Shown piece after piece: positions 28,865 through 36,543 of a stretch of DNA of 36,543 bases. The stretch lies in the sequence record SRR22947727_1387, one strand, 5' to 3'. The notes beneath the pieces are model-generated. The model ran no database searches and was not told the DNA's origin. It saw nothing but the letters and a program-made list of their open reading frames with translations. Numbering within the stretch: the first letter of the stretch is position 1; each line of letters begins with the position of its first letter. The position numbers and the translations under genes were made by a program.

Positions 28865-30391
28865 TTATATAATATTGAGCATTTTTTCGGTGGCTTTAAT
28901 AGCAGAAACAGTTTGATCTGAATCTAAGCCACGTGTAATAAATTCTTTTCCGTTATGTTCCCATGTAATAATCGTTTCACAAAGTGCGTCTGAAGTACTT
29001 CCAGGGGGTATTCTAACTGCATAATCAGTTAAAACAGCCAATTGTTCTTTTTCATTTTTATAAATACGTTTCAGGGCATTCATAAATGCGTCAAATTGGC
29101 CATCGCCATTGGCGTGTTGCTCATGACTTACCGTGCCTATGGTTAAAGAAACAGTCGCCGAGGGCTGTAAACCTTTGGCATGCGTGAGTACATAAGCGTC
29201 AATTTTCACCCTATGGATGTATTTCCCAGCATCCAAAACATCAGAAATAATATAGGGAAGGTCTTCTTTGGTGACCTTTTCTTTTTTGTCTCCAAGATTA
29301 ATAATACGCTCGGTTACCTTCTTTAATTCATCGGGATTTAAGGTAAGTCCTAATTCTTGAAGGTTTTTGAGAATATTTGCTTTTCCTGAGGTTTTTCCTA
29401 AAGCATATTTTCTTTTTCTACCAAATCTTTCTGGCAATAAATCATTAAAGTATAGGTTATTTTTACTATCTCCATCTGCATGTATTCCAGCAGTTTGCGT
29501 AAAAACATTTTCTCCAACAATGGGTTTATTGGCTGGAATGCCAAAGCCTGTAAATGTAGAGACCAACTTACTTACTTTATAGAGTGATTTTTCGTTGACA
29601 TTTACCTTGACTTCGGGCATAAAGTCATTGATTACCGCAACCACACTAGCCAAAGGTGCGTTCCCGGCTCGCTCTCCCATACCATTTACGGTAAGATGCA
29701 ATCCATTGACTCCTGCCTTCACAGCCTCCATGACATTAGCTACACTGAGGTCATAATCGTTATGACCGTGAAAATCTAGATGTATTTCAGGGTATCTTAA
29801 TCTAATCTGATTTAGATAATCATAGGTTTCTCTATGGGTTAAAATACCCAATGTATCTGGAAGGAGTACTCTTTTAATAGGTTGGGTAGCTATAAAATCT
29901 AGGTACTGAAAAACATATTCCGGATCATTTCGCATGCCATTACTCCAATCTTCTAAATAAACATTGGTTTCAATGTCTTTATTAATGGCATCTTGAATGG
30001 TTGCTTCAATATCTTTAAAATGTGCTTGAGGTGTTTTTTTTAATTGGTGGGTTAGGTGGTTCAAAGAGCCTTTGGTTAAAAGGTTTTGTACTTTGGCACC
30101 CGCTTTTACCATCCAATCTAGTGAAACACCACCATCTACAAAAGTGAGTACTTCAATCCTATGCGTTAATTGTTTGCTTGTGGCCCAATCCATGATTTGT
30201 TTCACGGCATTAAACTCTCCTTCAGAAACCCGAGCAGACGCTATTTCTATTCTGTCTACCTTGAGTTCTTCTAACAATAATTTAGCTAAAGTAAGTTTTT
30301 CAGAGGCAGAAAATGACACACTAGAAGTTTGTTCACCATCTCTTAAAGTGGTGTCCATGATTTCTATGATACGCTGTTTTTTGGCAGTCAT
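28865..30391 (-). CDS. cimA: DRE-TIM metallolyase with LeuA-type regulatory domain, probable citramalate synthase (Leptospira/Bacteroides-type CimA)
   Basis: DTTLRDGEQT, RIEIASARVSEGE, NVYLEDWSNG, HGHND, GERAGN and QTAGIHADGD; differs from canonical LeuA (EAGFP, F-x-x-ED, SGIHQDG). Confidence 0.75.
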   Translation of the reverse strand: MTAKKQRIIEIMDTTLRDGEQTSSVSFSASEKLTLAKLLLEELKVDRIEIASARVSEGEFNAVKQIMDWATSKQLTHRIEVLTFVDGGVSLDWMVKAGAKVQNLLTKGSLNHLTHQLKKTPQAHFKDIEATIQDAINKDIETNVYLEDWSNGMRNDPEYVFQYLDFIATQPIKRVLLPDTLGILTHRETYDYLNQIRLRYPEIHLDFHGHNDYDLSVANVMEAVKAGVNGLHLTVNGMGERAGNAPLASVVAVINDFMPEVKVNVNEKSLYKVSKLVSTFTGFGIPANKPIVGENVFTQTAGIHADGDSKNNLYFNDLLPERFGRKRKYALGKTSGKANILKNLQELGLTLNPDELKKVTERIINLGDKKEKVTKEDLPYIISDVLDAGKYIHRVKIDAYVLTHAKGLQPSATVSLTIGTVSHEQHANGDGQFDAFMNALKRIYKNEKEQLAVLTDYAVRIPPGSTSDALCETIITWEHNGKEFITRGLDSDQTVSAIKATEKMLNII

Positions 30392-30411
30392 TAGGGATGT
30401 ATTTAGGGCTT

Positions 30412-31008
30412 TTACAAGGGTGTATTGCTAGCAAAAGAGGTAATCTCTTCCTCCATACTTCTCAAATAATCTATGTCGTCAAAGCCATTGAGCATATTGT
30501 CTTTTTTATAGACATTAATGTCAAAAGATTCTTGATCTCCTGTACTAGGAATTCGAATGGTTTGTGAAGGTAGGTCTACGACTACTTCTGTAGTAGGGTC
30601 TTTAAATACCGCCTCCAATATAACTTCCAAGAAAGCGGGACTTACTTGAACTGGTAGCACACCAATATTTAAACAATTGTTTTTAAATATGTCTGCAAAA
30701 AAACTAGAAACTACACATCTAAACCCATAATCATATACGGCCCAAGCAGCGTGTTCTCTTGAAGATCCAGATCCAAAATTCTTACCACCTATTAATATTT
30801 TTCCGCTGTATTTTGGGTTGTTGAGCACAAAATCTTCTTTGGGGGTGTTGTCTGAATTGTACCTCCAATCACGAAATAAATTATCTCCAAAACCAACCCT
30901 TTCTGTGGCTTTTAAAAATCTTGCTGGAATGATTTGATCTGTATCTACGTTTTCTATAGGCAGTGGGACTGCAGTTGTAGTTAGGGTAGTGAATTTATCG
31001 TATGCCAT
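30412..31008 (-). CDS. leuD: 3-isopropylmalate dehydratase small subunit
   Basis: NVDTDQIIPARFL, NFGSGSSREHA and FADIFKNN motifs. Confidence 0.96.
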   Translation of the reverse strand: MAYDKFTTLTTTAVPLPIENVDTDQIIPARFLKATERVGFGDNLFRDWRYNSDNTPKEDFVLNNPKYSGKILIGGKNFGSGSSREHAAWAVYDYGFRCVVSSFFADIFKNNCLNIGVLPVQVSPAFLEVILEAVFKDPTTEVVVDLPSQTIRIPSTGDQESFDINVYKKDNMLNGFDDIDYLRSMEEEITSFASNTPL

Positions 31009-31020
31009 GGTGTGGTAAAT

Positions 31021-32418
31021 TTATTGTAAAAGTGTTCTTGGATCAGTTACTTGTCCTGTTACTGCTGCAGCTGCTGCAACTAATGGACTGGCTAATAGGG
31101 TTCTTGAACCTGGCCCTTGTCTTCCTTCAAAGTTCCTGTTGGAGGTGCTTACGGCGTATTTTCCTGCTGGAATTTTGTCGTCATTCATGGCCAAACATGC
31201 AGAGCAACCTGGCTCTCTGAGCGTAAATCCTGCTGTTTCTAAAATTTCCAAAATTCCTTCATCTTTTATGGCTTTCTCCACCTGATGAGATCCTGGTACC
31301 AGCCATGCAGTGACATGTTCTGCTTTTTTTCTTCCTTTTACAATGCTTGCAAAAGCCCTAAAATCTTCTATCCTTCCATTGGTACAACTTCCTAAGAATA
31401 CATAATCAATAGACTTGCCAATCATGGTATCTCCCTCATTATAATTCATATAAGCCAATGACTTTTGGTAAGTGGCTACGCCACCTTCCAGGTCAGTAGC
31501 TAGTGGAATATCCTTTGAAATGCCCATTCCCATTCCTGGGTTGGTTCCATAGGTGATCATAGGCTCAATATCAGCGCCTTCGAATTCGTACACTTTGTCA
31601 AATGAAGCGCCTTCCTCTGTGTATAATGTATCCCAATAGCTCATGGCTTTATCCCATGCAGCTCCTTTAGGCGTAAACTCTCTGTCCTTTATATAGTCAA
31701 AAGTCTTTTTATCTGGCGCCATCATTCCACCGCGTGCACCCATCTCAATACTTAGGTTGCAGACAGTCATTCTACCTTCCATACTCATCTCAGTGAATAC
31801 ATTTCCAGCGTATTCAACAAAGTATCCAGTTGCACCAGAAGTACTGAGTTTAGCAATAATATAAAGGGCCACATCTTTAGGTGTTACCCCATTTTGTAGA
31901 CTTCCATTAACCCTTATCACCATTTTCTTAGGTTTGGGCTGCATAATACATTGCGTGGTAAGTACCATCTCTACTTCTGAAGTTCCAATTCCAAAGGCTA
32001 TAGCACCAAATGCACCGTGGGTAGACGTATGAGAATCTCCACAAACAATAGTAGCTCCTGGTTGTGTAATCCCATATTCAGGTCCTACCACATGAACAAT
32101 ACCATTTTTTTCATGTCCAAGGCCCCAATATGAAATACCGTGGGCAGTTGCATTCTCTTCTAGCGCCCTTAATTGATTAGCAGACAAGGGGTCTGCAACA
32201 GGTAAGTGTTGGTTTATAGTGGGTGTGTTATGGTCTGCCGTGGCAAAAGTGCGCCCTGGATACAATACCTTAGCACCCCTGTTTTTAAGCCCTAAAAAGG
32301 CTACAGGGCTAGTAACTTCATGGACCATATGGCGATCAATAAACAGAACATCTGGACCGTTTTCAATGCTTCTAACTACGTGTGAATCCCAAACCTTGTC
32401 AAAAAGTGTTTTTTTCAT
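31021..32418 (-). CDS. leuC: 3-isopropylmalate dehydratase large subunit
   Basis: [44 protein letters not shown] and [15 protein letters not shown] at 32418 preferred. Confidence 0.96.
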   Translation of the reverse strand: MKKTLFDKVWDSHVVRSIENGPDVLFIDRHMVHEVTSPVAFLGLKNRGAKVLYPGRTFATADHNTPTINQHLPVADPLSANQLRALEENATAHGISYWGLGHEKNGIVHVVGPEYGITQPGATIVCGDSHTSTHGAFGAIAFGIGTSEVEMVLTTQCIMQPKPKKMVIRVNGSLQNGVTPKDVALYIIAKLSTSGATGYFVEYAGNVFTEMSMEGRMTVCNLSIEMGARGGMMAPDKKTFDYIKDREFTPKGAAWDKAMSYWDTLYTEEGASFDKVYEFEGADIEPMITYGTNPGMGMGISKDIPLATDLEGGVATYQKSLAYMNYNEGDTMIGKSIDYVFLGSCTNGRIEDFRAFASIVKGRKKAEHVTAWLVPGSHQVEKAIKDEGILEILETAGFTLREPGCSACLAMNDDKIPAGKYAVSTSNRNFEGRQGPGSRTLLASPLVAAAAAVTGQVTDPRTLLQ

Positions 32419-32537
32419 AGAAAAAATGATATTAAAAAAAAAAGGCGACAAAAGTGCCTGTTAAATATGATGCAAGTGGTAAAAATAAATAAAAAATAAG
32501 TGTTTGCAGCTATCTTTATATTGGTGAATTACGATGT

Positions 32538-34643
32538 TCAACTGATATAATTCCAAATATTTTTATGTTTTACGAGTGCTCTATAAGCTAGTAAAATAGG
32601 TTTATTTTCAATTGAATCCATCGAAGGGTCTGATTTTAAAACAGTTACAGCAACCTCTCTGGCTTTTTTGAGTAAAGCAGCATCCTTAACTATATCTGCA
32701 ATTTTTAGTTGTAACACGCCGCTCTGTTGGGTGCCCATAAGATCTCCAGGACCCCTTAATTTTAAGTCTACTTCTGCTATTTCAAATCCGTCACTAGATG
32801 CTACCATAGTTTCTAGCCTCGTTTTACCCTCTTGAGACACTTTGTTTCCAGACATAAGGATACAAAAACTCTGTTCCGCGCCCCTACCCACACGACCTCT
32901 TAATTGGTGTAGTTGCGACAGTCCGAATCGCTCTGCACTTTCTATAATCATTACAGAAGCGTTAGGCACATTAACCCCAACTTCAATCACGGTAGTCGCT
33001 ACCATAATTTGAGTTTCTCCTTTTACAAATCGTTCCATTTCGTAAGCTTTTGCGTCTGCTTTCATTTGTCCATGAACAATAGAGACTTGGAATTCTGGTG
33101 CAGGAAACGACCTAGAAATACTGTCGTATCCATCCATGAGATCTTTGTAATCTAAAACCTCGGATTCATTGATTAATGGATAAACAATATAAACCTGTCT
33201 GCCTTTTAAAATCTCTTCTTTAATAAATTTAAATACACCAAGCCTGTGGGAATCTGATCGCCAAACAGTTTTAATTTCTTTTCTCCCCGGTGGAAGCTCA
33301 TCTATCACAGAAATGTCTAAATCTCCATAAATACTCATCGCTAAAGTCCTAGGGATAGGGGTGGCAGTCATGACCAATACATGTGGGGGAAGGGTGTTTT
33401 TGTGCCATAGTTTAGCCCTTTGTGCCACTCCAAACCTGTGTTGTTCATCTATAATGGCAAGTCCAAGATTCTTGTATACCACGTTGTCTTCAAGTAGGGC
33501 ATGGGTGCCTATCAAGACTTTTAATTCTCCCTCCTCTAGACTTTCTAGCAAAGGTTTTCTAGCGCTTTTTCTGACGCTTCCAGTCAGTAATGCAACATGG
33601 ATACCTAAGGGAGCTAAAAGCTCGGAAACCCCTTTGAAGTGTTGGTTGGCAAGTATTTCAGTAGGTGCCATTAAACAGGCTTGAAAGCCATTGTCTAAAG
33701 CAAATAAAATAGCCATTACAGCCACAATTGTTTTCCCTGAACCAACATCTCCTTGCAGTAATCTATTCATCTGGGCATTGCTTCCCACATCTGTTCTAAT
33801 TTCCTTAACCACCCTTTTCTGAGCGTTGGTAAGTTCGAAAGGCAATTGGTTGTTGTAAAAATCATTAAAATACGCTCCTACATCACTAAATGGCAAACCT
33901 TTAATCTTCTTTTTCCTTACAAGATTCTTTCTAATAAGCTGTAATTGTATAAAAAACAATTCTTCAAATTTTAATCTAGCTGCTGCTCTGCTAAGCATTT
34001 TTGCGTCCTTAGGAAAGTGTATGTGAAATAATGCCGTGGACCGTTGTAATAATTTCAAATTTTCTAAAATACTAGCGGAAAGGGTTTCCTCAAAAGCACT
34101 ACCACACTCGTTAAAGAGTTGTTCCATAGCTCTGAGCATAAACCTGTTGCCCATATTCGCATTGGAAAGTCTTTCTGTACTTGGATAAATGGCTTGCAAT
34201 CCCATTCTGTTGTTGGCCTGGTAATTTTCCAACAGCTCCATATCTGGATGGGCCATATTAAACCTCCCTTGGAATACGGAAATTTTACCAAATATGACAT
34301 AGGGTGTATTGGTTTTAATACTTTCTTTGATCCATTTGGCACCTTTGAACCAAACCAATTCCATAGCCCCAGTATTGTCTAAAAATTTAGCGACTAATCT
34401 ACTCCCTTTTTTTTGGGTTATGGTTTCTATTTGGGTAATTACACCTACAATTTGAACTTCTGTTTGAGAGGCTTCCAATTGATTAATATGGTGGAATTGT
34501 GTTCTATCTACATAGCGATTTGGAAAAAAGTGCAATAGATCTTGATAGGTATGTATGCCCAGTTGCTCCTTTAAAAGTTTTGCTCTGGTGGGGCCCACCG
34601 TTTTAAGATAGGCAATAGGGGTTTGGAGCAGGACTGAATTCAT
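32538..34643 (-). CDS. recG: ATP-dependent DNA helicase RecG
   Basis: Wedge domain, RLLQGDVGSGKT, DEQHRFG, MTATPIPRT, QLRGRVGRG and TRG motif DLKLRGPGD. Confidence 0.97.
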   Translation of the reverse strand: MNSVLLQTPIAYLKTVGPTRAKLLKEQLGIHTYQDLLHFFPNRYVDRTQFHHINQLEASQTEVQIVGVITQIETITQKKGSRLVAKFLDNTGAMELVWFKGAKWIKESIKTNTPYVIFGKISVFQGRFNMAHPDMELLENYQANNRMGLQAIYPSTERLSNANMGNRFMLRAMEQLFNECGSAFEETLSASILENLKLLQRSTALFHIHFPKDAKMLSRAAARLKFEELFFIQLQLIRKNLVRKKKIKGLPFSDVGAYFNDFYNNQLPFELTNAQKRVVKEIRTDVGSNAQMNRLLQGDVGSGKTIVAVMAILFALDNGFQACLMAPTEILANQHFKGVSELLAPLGIHVALLTGSVRKSARKPLLESLEEGELKVLIGTHALLEDNVVYKNLGLAIIDEQHRFGVAQRAKLWHKNTLPPHVLVMTATPIPRTLAMSIYGDLDISVIDELPPGRKEIKTVWRSDSHRLGVFKFIKEEILKGRQVYIVYPLINESEVLDYKDLMDGYDSISRSFPAPEFQVSIVHGQMKADAKAYEMERFVKGETQIMVATTVIEVGVNVPNASVMIIESAERFGLSQLHQLRGRVGRGAEQSFCILMSGNKVSQEGKTRLETMVASSDGFEIAEVDLKLRGPGDLMGTQQSGVLQLKIADIVKDAALLKKAREVAVTVLKSDPSMDSIENKPILLAYRALVKHKNIWNYIS

Positions 34644-34749
34644 GGTATAAATGTAACTTTTAAGTGTGATTTTTCCAATAGAAATTCATTTGAATCCTTT
34701 ATTAAGCACCTTATTTTATTACATTTATAGACTGGCAAAAACAAAGCGT

Positions 34750-35673
34750 ATGAAAAAAGCATTGGTGATTTCTGGAGGAGGTAGTAAGGGCGCTTTTGCT
34801 GGAGGTGTAGCCCAGTATCTCATGAGAAATCAGGGAAGAGAATACGATATTTTTGTAGGCACTTCTACAGGGAGTTTACTCATTCCTCAATTGGCTTTAA
34901 ATAATTTAGAAAAATTGCATCACGCCTATACCAACGTTAATCAGAGAAGCATTTTTGATGTAAATCCTTTTGTGGTTAAAAAGAAGGGAGATAGGGAGTA
35001 CGTGACCATTAATTACATCACTACTTTATTTCAATTTATAAGAAGGAAAAGAACTTTTGGAGAGAGTAATAACCTGAGAAAAACCATTGTAAAAAATTTC
35101 AGTAGGGCCTCTTTCGAAATGTTGTTAAAAGGGAATAAAGAAGTTGTAGTGAGTGTATCTAATCTCTCCAAGAATAGGGTAGAATACAAATCAATACACG
35201 ATTATGACTATGAGACCTTCATAGATTGGATCTGGATGTCTTGTAATTATATTCCATTTATGTCATTAGTAACCAAAGACGGTTTTGAATATGGAGATGG
35301 GGGTTTAGGGTCTGTTGTACCCATCAGAGAAGCCATTAGAAGGGGCGCAAAAGAGGTCGATGTGATTATTTTAGAATCAGAAAACATGGACCACAATAAA
35401 GTATTGGGGAAAAACCCATTTTCACTCATGATCAGTATTTTTGGATTCGTATTAGATCAGATAGAATATCATGATATTTCCGAGGGCATATTAGCCGCAA
35501 AGCACAATGGGGTACAACTCAATTTATACTATACGCCAACAAAACTAACAGAGAACTCACTGGTCTTTAATAAGAAGCGAATGACAGAATGGTGGCAGCA
35601 AGGTTTTGCCTATGCGCATGAGAAATTTAATTCAAATTCTTCTCCGCTACCACAAAAAAAAGAATTGTATTAA
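34750..35673 (+). CDS. Patatin-like phospholipase
   Basis: GGGSKG oxyanion loop, GTSTG nucleophile, DGG catalytic Asp; ATG at 34750 (MKKALVISGGG) preferred. Confidence 0.92.
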   Translation: MKKALVISGGGSKGAFAGGVAQYLMRNQGREYDIFVGTSTGSLLIPQLALNNLEKLHHAYTNVNQRSIFDVNPFVVKKKGDREYVTINYITTLFQFIRRKRTFGESNNLRKTIVKNFSRASFEMLLKGNKEVVVSVSNLSKNRVEYKSIHDYDYETFIDWIWMSCNYIPFMSLVTKDGFEYGDGGLGSVVPIREAIRRGAKEVDVIILESENMDHNKVLGKNPFSLMISIFGFVLDQIEYHDISEGILAAKHNGVQLNLYYTPTKLTENSLVFNKKRMTEWWQQGFAYAHEKFNSNSSPLPQKKELY

Positions 35674-35679
35674 TCCAAT

Positions 35680-35708
35680 AAAAAAAGCCTCGATAAAACG
35701 AGGCTTTT
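35680..35708. terminator. Bidirectional intrinsic terminator (patatin / amidohydrolase)
   Basis: AAAAGCCTCG-ATAAAA-CGAGGCTTTT with an extended A run on the left. Confidence 0.85.
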
Positions 35709-35741
35709 AAAAATTAGTTTGGGATATAAAGCGATTAAACA

Positions 35742-36543
35742 CTAATGAGACAGATAGTCTAAGGCCATTTCAGAAAGTGTTTTCACGCCCAACAACATTC
35801 CAGCGTCGTCTATTTTAAAGTCTGGAGTATGGTGGGGGAAAGCCTCTTTATTGCCCGGTGTATTACCTCCTAGGAAGAAATAGAATCCAGGTACTTTTTC
35901 TTGAAAAAAAGAAAAATCTTCTGCTCCAGTGATGGCTTTCATAAGCATCACTTGTTCTTTACCTGCAGTTTTCTGAAGTGTGGGTAACATTTGCCCTACC
36001 AAATTAGCGTCGTTATAGGTAATAGCCGCACCGTTAACAATATCTACTGTAGCAGTACCTCCATAGGCAGCAGCTATAGCAGAAACCATTTCTTTCATGC
36101 GCTTACCAATATGATCCCTCATTTTATAATCAAGTGTTCTAATAGTACCCACCATTTCTGCAGTCTCGGGAATAATATTAAAACGTACTCCAGCCGTTAT
36201 TTTACCCACAGTAATCACTGCAGCCTCGTTGGTTAGATCAGATTCTCTAGAAATGATGGTTTGTAAACCGTCAATAATTTTAGCACTGATCAAAATAGGG
36301 TCTACACCACCCCAAGGTTGCGATCCGTGGGTTTGTTTTCCTTGCACCTTAATTACAAATCGATCAGAGGCAGCCATTGCGCCAAGGGGCTTATAACCAA
36401 TCATACCCACGGGAAGTACTGAGTTAATATGAAGCCCAAAAATAGCATCTACTGAAGGATTCTCTAAAACACCTTCTTTAACCATTAAGGATGCACCGCC
36501 TTCTTCTCCTGGAGGAGCTCCTTCTTCAGCAGGTTGAAAAATA
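35742..36543 (-). CDS. M20 family amidohydrolase (N-acyl-amino acid amidohydrolase-like), 5' truncated by the window edge
   Basis: Frame stays open to the window end (IFQPAEEG...); AIFGLH, HGSQPWGGVDPI, RFNIIP, GAEDFSFF and HHTPDF motifs. Confidence 0.93.
   Translation of the reverse strand, partial: IFQPAEEGAPPGEEGGASLMVKEGVLENPSVDAIFGLHINSVLPVGMIGYKPLGAMAASDRFVIKVQGKQTHGSQPWGGVDPILISAKIIDGLQTIISRESDLTNEAAVITVGKITAGVRFNIIPETAEMVGTIRTLDYKMRDHIGKRMKEMVSAIAAAYGGTATVDIVNGAAITYNDANLVGQMLPTLQKTAGKEQVMLMKAITGAEDFSFFQEKVPGFYFFLGGNTPGNKEAFPHHTPDFKIDDAGMLLGVKTLSEMALDYLSH

Noticed and set aside
34750..35673. Patatin as a possible CBASS (CapV-type) defence effector
   Set aside because: No CD-NTase or other defence gene nearby; it is flanked by recG and an amidohydrolase in a housekeeping context
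7562..35708. Similar GC cores in terminators (AGCGGGGCT at 7564 and 27751, AGCGGGCT at 13142) as a possible REP or DNA-uptake sequence
   Set aside because: Only a few non-identical copies, all explained as ordinary terminator stems, and I did not see them dispersed in coding DNA; a genome-wide k-mer count would be needed to revive the idea
1..36543. CRISPR arrays, tRNA/rRNA genes, IS elements, prophage or horizontally acquired island
   Set aside because: Intergenic gaps are all under 300 bp, with no repeat-spacer pattern, cloverleaf, transposase or integrase ORF, or obvious compositional shift

Overview
AT-rich, gene-dense chromosomal segment from a Bacteroidota bacterium, most likely Flavobacteriaceae. 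Support: TAnnTTTG -7 promoter elements, A-rich start contexts without obvious Shine-Dalgarno sites, and typical gene order. It is almost entirely core metabolism and housekeeping, with 30 CDS. In order: nitroreductase; ftsK-lolA-lptF/G-ribBX; a peroxide-defence cluster (ahpC, thioredoxin, a small unknown protein, tpx); NhaC, a methionine gamma-lyase-like enzyme and a divergent Lrp; lpdA; a DUF1624-like membrane protein and a CDGSH Fe-S protein; tilS-dsbD-penicillin acylase family-comM; ilvD-ilvB-ilvN-ilvC converging on leuC-leuD-cimA-leuB; recG; patatin; and a truncated M20 amidohydrolase. I found no rRNA, tRNA, CRISPR array, IS element, prophage or defence system, and no unambiguous novel system. 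Best leads: (i) the ahpC-trx(WCGNC)-Cys-free small protein unit, which lacks ahpF; (ii) a plant-type methionine gamma-lyase/NhaC/Lrp module with phased Lrp-like sites; (iii) an ilvA-less branched-chain amino acid cluster using citramalate synthase; (iv) a perfect palindrome over the ilvD promoter; (v) an A15 tract that could fuse the DUF1624-like and CDGSH genes. All family calls come from motif recognition by eye, not from database searches.
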